From contig NC_087437.1 in the NCBI RefSeq assembly GCF_036321535.1, forward strand, positions 47,928,001 through 47,992,000: a stretch of 64,000 nucleotides of DNA, written 5' to 3'. Shown in pieces: positions 12,701 to 24,700 of this stretch. Origin of the DNA: Camelus dromedarius (lineage: Eukaryota). Positions within the stretch are counted from its first letter, which is position 1. Every line of letters begins with the position of its first letter. The translations under genes were made by a program, and so were the position numbers. Below the pieces are notes generated by a model. The model was not told the DNA's origin. It did no database searches and saw only the letters and a program-made list of their open reading frames with translations.

Positions 12701-15700
12701 GGTGAGAACCCCTCCCTGTCTGGCTCTGGGTGTGTAACCTGGCAGCATTTGGGCCATTTGTCCTGCTGGTGTGTTTGCTTGACTCCCACACAAATCTGTG
12801 AATTTCCAGGTTCTTTTAAACACTCAGACCCTCTGGCAGTCCCAGGCCAAGGACAGCGGTTGGCTGGAGCTGAGTAATAGCCCTCCCTTCACACAGGACA
12901 CACAGTCCCCAGCTGGCTTCAGTCCCTTTGTGGTTCATGACCTGGCTGGTGCGCATGGTATTTGGGTGTGTGACCCTTGAGCTAGATGATTTGTAAAGTC
13001 CTTTCCCCAGTAGCTCTGAGGTGCCAGGATCAATAGGATCCCATTAACATTCAAAATGAGCTTAAATTGACCACAGGATTTTCTTTGTGGCCCTGGAGGT
13101 GTCAGTTTCAAGCTGTTACTGCAGCAGACAAGTAATTCATTGTAACAATCTCCACTCCTCTTGACAGTGGAGGGAGTTACTTTCTGAGGCATCAGGATTT
13201 TCACCAGCAATTGGTTTCAGAGAAAGGGTTTTGAGTATCTTTATTCTTTCAGGTCTCAGGAGCCCTTTGGTCAGGTGATCTTGTCCCTAGCCTCTGGCGT
13301 TTTTATCTTGTAGATGAGCCTGAAATGCTCCAAGAGAGGAAGGAAGATGTGCTGAAGCAGAGAGGAGGATAGATTACGAGAGGAATGTGTGGTGGAGGGG
13401 AGAGAACACGGGAGAGCCATGTGGCAGGAACTCCTTTTTACACAGCCAGTGATACCAATAACTAGCCTCACATAGATGGCCAGGCTCTTCCTGTATGGTC
13501 ATTGATGCACAGAATCTTTGCCTACATTACAAAGCTAGGGAGTAGGGGAGCGGGGGTTTACACCAGCAAGTCTGGCGCCTGAGTCTGCTTTTGACCACCG
13601 CACTGTCCTGCTTGCGTAACTGTGGCTCCCATACTTGTTTCAGGCTCCCTGTGTCTCAGTGTGTGGATGCTGGTAAGTGGATGGCCAAAGGGGCTGCTTA
13701 AGGTTTGCAGAATTACCAGGTAGCCCGGTATCTTGGGCTACTTACGTGTTGGGTCACTTCTAGAGTATACACTTCCTGATATTAAATTGCTCTGCTACAG
13801 ACCAAGATGAAATCTAGTTTTTATATACACAGGCTTACTATATATTTCTTCTATAAAAAGGTTTGCAGTTATTTTCTTGGGCACTGCCATTTCTATATAA
13901 GTTTGTTGAATTGATTTTTAAAATTAAATTGCATCTGTAGTAGATAAAGCTTCCTCACTATGAAAGGATACTTTTTCTTCTCCAAAAAATATATTCCTGA
14001 TCTTTACGCACTCTAAGACAGCGCTTTCACATTTTAATGCTGAATACGCCTTAATTTATTTTTCCTTCCGAAAATAGCTTTTTTTTTTTTAAACAATTCT
14101 GTATTCTGAACAGTTTCTTAAACGATAATTCATTTGATTTCCCATCTAGCTAATCCTTGACACGTAATTACTGGTCTCGATTTTTGACTAACATGAAGTA
14201 ATCAATGATCTACTTCCAGGTGATGTAATTTTAGCTCCAAACATAAGAACTGTTTTCACTAACCTCTGTTTTCCTGTGTTGGACAGATGTGACATTTCTA
14301 AGTCACCTTTTGAAATATGAAATATAGCCTGGGGAATATCCTCTGTTCTTTTAGCCTAGGAGATTCTGGATTTGAACCTGGGTTAGGAACTACTGGTTCA
14401 GGGTTTATGCTTTAAACGTTTCAATCAGCAGATGGCAAACACCTGCTTACAGGGGCCGGGCTGAGCTACGTGTATCTTTTTCTCATTCCCTTGGTTTTCC
14501 AATGTAAATATCTGTACAAATGTTGTTCTACAGTGATACAAAGCCTCAGTCTTGCTGCTTGTTTGTTAATTAAAGCATTAGGCTCAGAGGAATGTGAGTG
14601 GACAGTGTCCAGCCGCCTTCTTGGTGCAGCATTAAACAAAGTCCTGTGTAAGCACTTGGGAAAGATTCTGAACACCGTAGTCCTCTCTCTAATTTTAGCT
14701 GATCTGTTTTGCAATTGCTGATGGAGAAAGTAAGTACAGTAGCCTATAAATATGACAGGGTCCTTAGGTGGTTGCTGTTTTGGAGACTACCTGGCGCTCC
14801 CTCTTATAAAGTTAGTTTTGGGACTGGCCATCGCTTCTGGTGCCCGAGGGCCAGCTCACACTGAGAGTGTGAGCTTCCTGAAGGCAGGTCTGACTCTTGG
14901 TCAGTTTTGGTCTCTCTCTCTCACCCTGTTTGGGGATAGGCCCATAGGGGATATTACAGGTGATGTCACTGGCCCTGGGCCAACCAGAAAATGTGGTATT
15001 TCTTTGATTTAGGTCTTCGGTACTTGTTTTGGCTTTTTGGTTTCTTTTAAGTAACTGCCTTATTCCAGAGCCAGACCTTTTAAAAAAATTATTTAAATTT
15101 GCAAATATACACAGACAGAGAGCAGAGTATAATGACTCTCCCCCGTACCATCGTGTAGCTGCAGCGTCACCAGTCTGCCCGTCTGGGGTCTTTATTCCCC
15201 CTGAACTCAGTCTTTCCCTACCACCCCCATCCTCTCCTTTCCTTGCAGTATTTTAACACGAAACCCAACATCCTCCTCTTCACCTGTAGATACGCAGTAT
15301 GCACCTATAACTAGACTGCCTTTTTTTAAACATTGGTATCATGTTAAAAGTTGTTTAAAGTGTTAGAAGCACAGCAGCAAAATGTATCCGCCAACGCCCA
15401 GCCCGTATCTAGGTTTTCGCTGCAGCATCAAAGACATCTTTTTCAAGTTCCCCTCTTTTTGCAAGTGATTGATAGGTTGAAGGAGCTGGATCATTTGCCC
15501 CAGGATTGCTTTAAGGATTGCTCCCTTGCGATGTGGTTTAGCTTTTGTTTCTTATAAGATGGAAGTTAGATCTGGAAGCTTCACTGGGTTCATGCTCAAT
15601 TTTTTGACAGCCTGACTTTCATGTACATTAGACATGAGGGGACCACAGTAATAGCTGATCCTGAGCATGAGTGAGACCTCCCCTCAGAAATCAGGGCTAG

Positions 15701-18700
15701 GATCGGTGTGGGGCGTAGGTGCGGGCGGAGGGGCCAGCTGATGCTCAGGCACTGAGTGTGGGGTAGCCGAGTTTGAGATCAAATCAAACCCAGCTGCGAA
15801 AGCCGGGAGCCGGTCTGCAGCGGGACGTGGAGAGGGAGAGGCAGTCTCTCTCTGTTGAGGAAGTTTTTCAAATAACTTCTCGATGATCGTCAATTCTCAA
15901 GCTATAACTTGCCTGTTGAACGAAGGATTAAGCAAGGTCAGTTGACGGGAAACAAAGAAATGAAATGGGCACTGAGAGACAAGAGGCGTGGGAGGGGGAT
16001 GAGTGAGGCTGGGCCACTGTCCAAGTGCAGGGCCGAATCTCTGGAGTTTTCACCGTGGTCTTCATTGAAACGTCTCCTCCCAGTTGTATGACCACATGGT
16101 GGCATGGAGTAGCAGCCAGCTTTTCAGAATTTACTAACTTTCAACGAGTTAGTAAACTTTCCCAAGCAGCTGCCTTGATGGGACTGGCAGCCACCTCAAG
16201 CTCCAAGACGGCTTGTAGGGAGTAACGCCGCCCGCAGCGGGCAGTGAGTTGTGCTGATGTGAATGCCTCAACCGAAATGCACGGTGCAAGCAGGTTTATT
16301 CCACGTGGGCCTCCATGCTGCCGAGAGTGGAGATGTAATTGCTGGCCTGGCCTGTAATGTTGGCCCCAGAGGTGTGTGGGTTTGAAGAGGGCTTACCCAG
16401 AGTCCGGGACACACTGTCTTCTTTTCTCAGGAGCTGGTAAGAGGGGTTCAGGGACATCAGAGATGAGAACTAGACACATGTATGCAAGAAGCAGCATTAG
16501 GACAGGAGAGACAGAGAGAAGGACAGACAGATGGACACAGAGAGACAGAGAGATTGACTTTTCTAGTTGTGTGAGTGGGTCAGTTACTTAACTCCTCTTT
16601 GCCTCAGTTTCATCTGTCAGGTGGAGGAGATAATGATAATCATCATCATCATCACCTTGTGAGGTTGGGTGATTTAAGCAAGATACGCATGTAAAGTACT
16701 CAGAACTATGCCTTGCACCTAGTAAATATTCATCCACGTACCTAGATGGTATCTGACATGTTATGCCACTGGGTAAATTTCTTTTGAATGAATGACTAAA
16801 TGTTAGCCCTCATGCAAAGGTTAGGCATTATTTTTGCATGTGTCAGCTGATACTCTGTGGATGTACATCAGCACTGAGTGAAGAACGTTACAACTTCTAC
16901 TTCTACATACTTCTCAGAAGATGTAACAGTAGTTAAATTGATCATTTAACTAACAGTTAAAGCTGCCAGCACTGTCTCAGGTCCTCTGCAGTGCTCCTTA
17001 ATGCTTGTTACAGATACATTTTGTCTCTTATCTTCCTTGTTGTCTGTCAGCTGTTGGAGGGCAGAATCTGCAATAATGCTCTGCATGAAGTAGGTGGTTG
17101 GTAAATACTGGATGCCAATTTTTTTTAAGCCAGGTAGGAAAATTCACCTGAGTTTTATTAGGAACATTGCTTAGAACACACACATTGGAGAGATTTTATA
17201 TGTAGAGCTGCCCCATGGCCGCAGGGAGATAGATATTGCAGTTTTCCCATCACCTGTTGTGTCTGACTGTGATTGGGCACACCTGCCGTGATCTCTCAAC
17301 CCTAGGCATTGATCCCGATGTCCCAGAGATCTCAAAGGAGTATGGGACAGGGCCTCCGCCTCCAAGGACCACAGTCAGGCTGAGGAGACTGGCCAGAAGC
17401 AGGAGAAGTTAAAGAAAGTAGGAGGCTGGTTGTGCTGTGTACCCAGAGATGGCCCAGATAGCAAGTTCTCTGGCCTTCGGAGGAGGGGGAGGGGCCTGGA
17501 AGCTGAGCACGAGGAAGTTTTGAGAAGTGGGTGGGCAGCAGCCCCACCTTTGCAGAGAGCACACGAGTTACTTCTGCTGGATTGGCCAGGTGAAGTTTGT
17601 CTCAGAGACCTACAATATGCTACAGCTGCCTCCGTTTTTGCTGTGGAGAGCCTAGAATTGGAATCCTGATTCTGTTCTCTGTCAATTGCATGATAATCCG
17701 GTCGTAAGGCCACTTTCTGTTGACAGACCTACGTGGCACTTCTCTGGCAGCCTCAGTTTCCTGAGCTATAAAATGGGGGTCATGGCAGTACCTCCTTTGT
17801 AGGGCTGTTGTAAGGGTTAAATGAGATGGCACGTAGCACCTTTATTAGATGGGCTGGACTTAGAGGGGACTCAGGAAACAGCTTTATTCTGAGCCCGCCT
17901 CTTTACTTGAAGGTGATGTGGGTGTTCCACTCTGCCTCAGGCAGACTGCCTAGATTTCTAGTGGTTTCCAGCAGACTGCCAGCATTAAAAAGCCAAGTTC
18001 ACATCAAAGCCAGTTTATGGCTTCTCCCATGACCAAGCTCGGGAGCCTTGGAGACCAGCAGTGCAGAAGGGTTCTCGTCCTTTTGTGTCTTTGCTTCACC
18101 TCTTTGCCTCCTCCCACCCCTTCCGGCCCCTCCCGCATCAAGGATATAGGGTTGGGAGATCGGAGAAGAGGTAGAACCTTTCACTGAGCTAGTGCGTTTG
18201 GCTTTCTTGGCTGCTGTGTGTTTTCTGCCATGGCCAGCCGTTTTGTGGGGGCATATCAGTGGTCCTTTAGAGGTGTCTCCCACCCCTGCTTGTCCCCTCA
18301 GGGACCTCCTAAAGGGCCTTTTCCCTGATGCCCTGTTGCGGTGAGCTCTGTAACCCCCCACTCCGGCTCCTGTCCGAATCTCTTCAGCTGGCCGCCCTCG
18401 CAGCATCTCTGCGGCGTCCTCCCTGGAGGAGCCTGGCTGCCTTCTGAGCTGGGGAAGTTACACGTCCTCGTCCTGCCACAGTTGTCCCTGCTCTTCCTAT
18501 ACTAGCAGCTCTGGCCAGCCTCTTTTCGTGTTTCCAGTGAGGGGTGAGCTCCTGGGGGCTCCCTCTGCTCTTTTCCAGAAACAGCCCTGGGTGGGCTCAT
18601 GAGCCCAGTGGCTCTGCAGCGGTTAGAGCCATTTCCTTCTCTTGCAAGTACCCTGGTCTCTACCAGGGCTCCTCTCGGGTTCCCTTGGGGGAGGGAGGGA

Positions 18701-21700
18701 TGGAGCTGCTGCAGAGTTTTCCTTATTTCCTTCAGAGGATTTCCCCCCAACCCAGTGCATTTCTTGCCTGCTCTCAAATGGACTGTCGTGGACAGACCAG
18801 CTTGGCCATCAGCTTGGAGCAAGTTCTGTGAGGAAGAAAAGCGGAGTGTTTATTGAGCCTTAGTTTTGAGTCCAGGGAGGGCCCCATCCTGTGGCCCATT
18901 TTGCGTCAGGGTCATCCATTGTACAGTGCCCGGTACCTAATACACAGTGCACGTTGGCCATTATCCCTGTTGTGCTTCCGTGGGCTTCAGTTTTCTTATC
19001 TGAAAATTGGGGCTAATGGTCATCCCTGCTCTGCCTTCCACTGAGCGCTGCTCGTGTGATGAATGTATTGTGAGTTGGCTTTATTTTTATTTTTTAGCCT
19101 CAACAGAACGGGATCTCCCCGCGCATGTTTAAGGCCTTTGTGAGCAAGAGCCACCCGGAGTTCTCCTCCAACAGACAGCAGGATGCCCAGGAATTTTTCT
19201 TGCACTTGGTGAATCTAGTCGAGGTGGGTCAGCTATCAGAAATGCCTGAAGGGGTTGTGAGAGGTGTGCCCAGCCCCCGCGTGTGGTCCACACTGGCGTG
19301 GCCGAGATGCCCCCTGCCCCCGGCTCAGTCTCCCCCAAACCAGCTCCTCCACAGTCTGCTTCTTGGAGGCGCTGTCTGCTCAGCACACCTGATGCGATCG
19401 CTCCCCGTGCCCGGCCTCCGGGGCACTGGTGGGCTCCTGTTCTCCTAATTCGCCCGTGTTGTAGGAGTGTTATCCATTATTTCATTCGCTGTTTGTGTTT
19501 TCTTGTCTCTGTGACAAGCTCCTTGAGAGTCCTGTGTGGCATTTGGTGTCCTGGCATCACTCCGAGATGGTCACCCTTGGCTCAGAGCAGAGGCGAATCA
19601 CATTCAAGGCTGTGGTTTTTAAAAGCCACTGAGAATTCCTGGTTAAAGGCTTTTTTCCCCTCTTAATAAACAACTGTTTTTTTTTTCCTGATGACAAATA
19701 TGTTCCTCGTGGAAACAGAGAGGCACAAAGTAGAAACTCAAAGTTTCTCATGCTCTCAGCCCCACAAACAAGCAGTGCTAACATTTTAGTGTGAGCCCCT
19801 CTCCCTCGCCCTCAGTCCTTTCCAGGTGCAATCGATTCTCTCCATGCTGGTTTGTAAGCAGAGTTTTTCACTTAACCTGTTGTGAACAAGTCATTACATA
19901 CTTGAATACAACATGATTTCTTTTCTGTTTGTGTATAATTTACATTAGTGCATCTATGTATTCATATCATACTTGGTTTAATTTTTCCAGGGCAGTCCTT
20001 GATTTCCTTCCCCTTTTTCTTAAGTTGGGCTCCTTCATCTCCTAAGTCTATCTAGGTCAGTCCCTCTGCCATGACTTTTAATGGCTGCATAAGATTAATT
20101 CACATGATGAACTATGATTTTTAACCAATCCCCCATTTTTGGACTTTTTAGGTAGATACCGAGGGTTTGCTTTTTAAAGTCCTCTGGAGAACTGGCATGC
20201 CCAGGAATGCTTAGTAACCCTAGCTCTTTGCACCTGGTTCATGTTTGATTTTCTGCTCATTTTTATTCCTGGCTTAATATTACTGAGTTTACTAACCTGA
20301 TATAATCTCACCTTCAGAGGAACCGCATTGGCTCAGAAAACCCGAGTGATGTTTTTCGGTTTTTGGTGGAAGAACGTATTCAGTGCTGTCAGACCCGGAA
20401 AGTCCGTTACACGGAGAGGGTGGATTACCTGATGCAGTTACCTGTGGCCATGGAGGCAGCAACCAACAAGGGTAACGTTCCAGAGCAGAAACGAGCAGTG
20501 TGCTTCTTTATATGCAAAAACCTTCCAATCAGAGGCACCGCGGTTTAGCCACTTGGGAGTAGACCCAGCACCCAGGGAGTCTGGTTTGCACGTCTCATGT
20601 CTCTTTTTTTCATCTTTTCCTTGGTCCCCACGTGACTTTCTTTTGAGAGGAATCAAATGCATCACAGATTTTTGTGGAGGGGTTATAGGTGGAACCTACT
20701 TCAGGGCCTGTAAATTTGACCAGCTGGTTGGTTTGGAGTCAGCTTAATTAGGAGGAAATTATTTGTGATTATATATGTGGAAAAATTCTTTAACCTTATC
20801 ACTCATAAGTTGTGCTGTAGAGTCTGAGGGAGATGATCAGAACTGCATTTTTTTTTGCTGTGGGGCATTGAAGTAGAGGCCTCTTAACACAGTCCAGCTT
20901 TGACATCTGAGTAAGATGCCTGTTGTGGGACATAGAGTCAGGGCTGTTAGTGGGGTGAGGCCCCTTAGAAGGGTCTCTGGACCTTGGAAGCAAGCAAGAA
21001 AGCAGATACCATAGCCAGGTGGGTGGGGGGGTCTCAGGGGAAAGTTCCTTCCGTCAGTCTGATCTGGTTCTTCCCAGGCAGAACAGTAATTTCTTAGAAT
21101 TCACATCTTAGAAACAGAGAAGGGCTGAATATCTGCCAGATTGCTTATCTCTTGTGAACTGGTCATTTCTGTAAAGTTCAAAGACTCCCTGGGTGTCCTT
21201 TTTCCTCTTTTTTTTTGGCGGGGATCGTCATTTTATTGTGTTCATTGGAAAGTGATTTTAAGATGGAATGATTCCCCTTTTCTCTAGGTTCATGCAGCTT
21301 TTGACTAGTGTTTTGATTCTCATTTATCATACAAAGTGGAATAAATGCCCCACCGAGGGTGGGGGTCTGTAGTGTGCTTCCTTTTTAGAACAGGGCTTAC
21401 TTGCTTTCTCTCGCCTACCTCAGGGACCCTGCCTTACGTGTGCTGCTCAGTGCTGGCGTCGTCTCTAACTCACTGTTTATAGTCTATGACGGTAACTTCT
21501 TTCTTTCCAGCAAGGAGATTTATAACTTAGTCTCAGGAAATGGATTGCTGGGGACACCTACTGCTAGCATCCTAGGTAGAAGTGCATCATGAAGTGACTG
21601 TGGCCTGGGGACTGAACTTCAGAAGCATGTTCAGATGTGTGTAGGAAGACGCGGGGTACAGCAGTGTGCCTGAAAGCTGATAAGTCAGGAGTGTTGTCGT

Positions 21701-24700
21701 TGTTGTTTTGGTAACACAAAAGGAATTCCAGAAAGGTCCATTTGAAATCTATACAAAATTTTGACTTACGGGTCGTTTCCAGGAGCAAATCTGCTGACTC
21801 TTGGGAAGTTTACGGTGTGCTCACTTCCTTCCCCTTGGTATTTAATCATTTGAGCAGGGATGGTGTAGAAAGGCCTTGCAGGTTGGCCGCTGTGCTCTCT
21901 GCAGTGCTGGGTACCCCCAGCATGGAGTTGTCTTGGCGGCGTTGGTTAGGATCACGGGCTGGGTGCCTTGGATAACTGCGGTCCTTACAGCTCATCCTGC
22001 CCCTTGGCCCACACCCTCCAAGACCTCTAACCATAGTGAAGGGCCCGGAAAAGGAAAGCTCAGGTCTATTTCAATGTGAGATTCTCTGGTGTGAAGACTT
22101 TGTGATTGGAGGGGGTGTTGGGGTCCACACACTTGACCTCTGGACAAACGAAGAACCAGATGCATGCATCACTTACATCACACGCATGGCCCGAACCTCT
22201 CACCTGGGCCGGAGTTCGCAGTCCCCCCTCTCAGTCTCAAAGGGGTCAGAAAAACACAAATAGCGTGACGCAGCCTGTCACTGCCACTGTAAGCAGGCCT
22301 TCGGCAGGCTTCTCTGGTTCTGTTTCTGTGGAGGGCAGCGAGTAAGCAGCCCTGCCTCTGCCCAGAAGCCTTCGGGGGAGACTGTTCATTGTTCAGGGAG
22401 GTCTTTCTCATTTCAAGAAAAGAGATTGCAAAGTCATTCGTTTGCTCTTTTACTCAGATGAACTAATCGCCTACGAGCTAACGAGAAGGGAGGCAGAAGC
22501 AAACAGAAGACCCCTTCCCGAGCTGGTTCGTGCCAAGATACCATTCAGCGCCTGCCTTCAGGCCTTTTCTGAACCAGAAAACGTTGATGATTTCTGGAGC
22601 AGCGCCCTGCAAGCAAAGTCTGCGGGTGTGAAGTAAGTGTGTGTGTGTGTGTGAGCATGTACACGCTTGTGTGGTGGCGGCAGCTTGAGGGGGGGACCTT
22701 GAGAGGCGGGGACGGGGGGAGGGGAGGGTTGGCGGGTGTTGCGTGAGTCTGCGCGTGCTTGCCCCTGTGTAGCAGGTGGGACTAGGGTTTACACGCCATA
22801 GCTGTCACAGCCTCTCTTGTGTGAGACCAACCCAGTAAGACAGGCTTGTAATCTCTATTATGTGCAAGGGCTTTTTTTTTTTCTTTTTTTAAAAAAGCAA
22901 CTTTGTAGTTTATCCTCTGTAGGGAATTTGTTTTTCCTTTCTTTTATCTGCCAAGAGGGTGTAGCAGAGAATCCTTTCTTCCTGTGGCAAGAATGATATT
23001 AATGAAGAAATTATAAAAATACTTAGGACAGTCTTCAGTATTTAAACTCCACTGTGATAGGTTTTAATTCCACAACTAAAGATTTGGCTTAAAGTGGTGA
23101 CTGTGTTGCTACCCAGAGACCGGGGGTCTCAGTGCATCACAGGGTGGACATCACGGCTCCTGAGCGTCCTTCCAACAAGCAGCTGCTCAGGACATGGTCA
23201 GGAGGTACTCTGTTTCCATATCGTGAGCCTTGTATCAGGTACAAACTTCTTTTCCTCCACTTGACACCTTAATTGACTTGATACAGTTAAGTCCTTGCCA
23301 GCACCCTTCATATCGTTGGAAAAAGAGTACTTACAGTGGCATAAGAAGAGAGGAGGGCTGAAGGTTAGGCTCTGGGACTCTCACCACTTTTAGATACTTC
23401 TCAGCCATTTTCTTCTAGGCTAACAGGGCCCTGGCTGATGTGAAGGGAGGGGGATGGACAAGCTACTGCTGGTTTTTTAATCACAACCTCATGTAGCAGT
23501 CAAACTTCAATCCCTTACTCTCTGTGACAGCATCCCCCAGGATTCCTCTGTTTCAGATAATCAACTTCATGTGTTAAACATGGAAAACCAAAAAGAATTT
23601 ATTTCAAAAGCTACGAAAAAGCCATATTTTCTTAAAATAATTTCTTTCCCCCAAGTTTCTTTATATCCAGATGAGATTAATGATAATTCAGTTATCAGTT
23701 ATCCGTTGTGGGTTAAGTTTTCACCCTAGGACTGCTTGGCTTTGGGGAGGGGTGTGTCCTTGCAGATCACAGTTGGTGAGTTCAGGCTAAGTGTTTGAGA
23801 TTCACTTCATTACAACATGGACCCATCTTTGGGCAGTTAAAAACCTACACATAATATTAGTAGTGGAAACAATTAATTTTTTTCTCTTAGCTTTATTGAG
23901 ATATGATTGGCATACAATGTTGGGTAAGTTTAAGGTGTACAAGTTGATTTTATTTATTTATTTATTTATTTTCACTTATCAACAGTGGGCTGATGAGTGC
24001 TGAAACATTAATCCTTCTCTTTGCCCTTTCATTCTGATTCTGTATGGAAGGTGGAAGCAATCTAGGGCCTGGCAGCCTCAAAAACCCCCAGCATCAGGTG
24101 TGCGCTGCAGAGTGGTCATCTTTGGCCTGGCCGCTTGGTCGCCGTTCTCTGCTCTTCAGGAAAGCGGCCCCATGTCTTAGGAATGCAGGGTGTGACCTGC
24201 TCTCTGGGCCTGCGGGAAGGAGCCGCTCCTCACTAGGAAAAGGCCCGTCTTTGTGGTGGAGCTGGGAGGCATTCACCTTCCCCAGAGATGGGATTTCTGA
24301 CCCTTGGCTAGCAGCCAGGGGACCTGGATTCTTCGTCTGTCCACTTCCCAGCTTGTGGTCTATCCAGGGGCAAAGTTGCCGCCCAGTGTCCTTTCATCTG
24401 AAGGGAGGAATGACGCCCACTGACCTGATTTTCTCCTCAAATGCTACAGAATATTTAGTTGCAGGCAGTGCTCATATAATCATCTAGAATCCTTGAGGAG
24501 AGCTTTCTGCTGTCTCTAATCCTTCACAGTGGATTTAAACATGTTTTTTCTCTTTTTTTACATATAAATGTGCTCTTATGGTTTTATGTATAGGAAAGAA
24601 AATTAATGCTAGGTGTATCACAATTGTTAATAATTGAAAACTGGCCTTTGTGGGAAAGGAGAAAACAGTGTTTTAGGGTCAGAAAGCAACTACCATTTAT

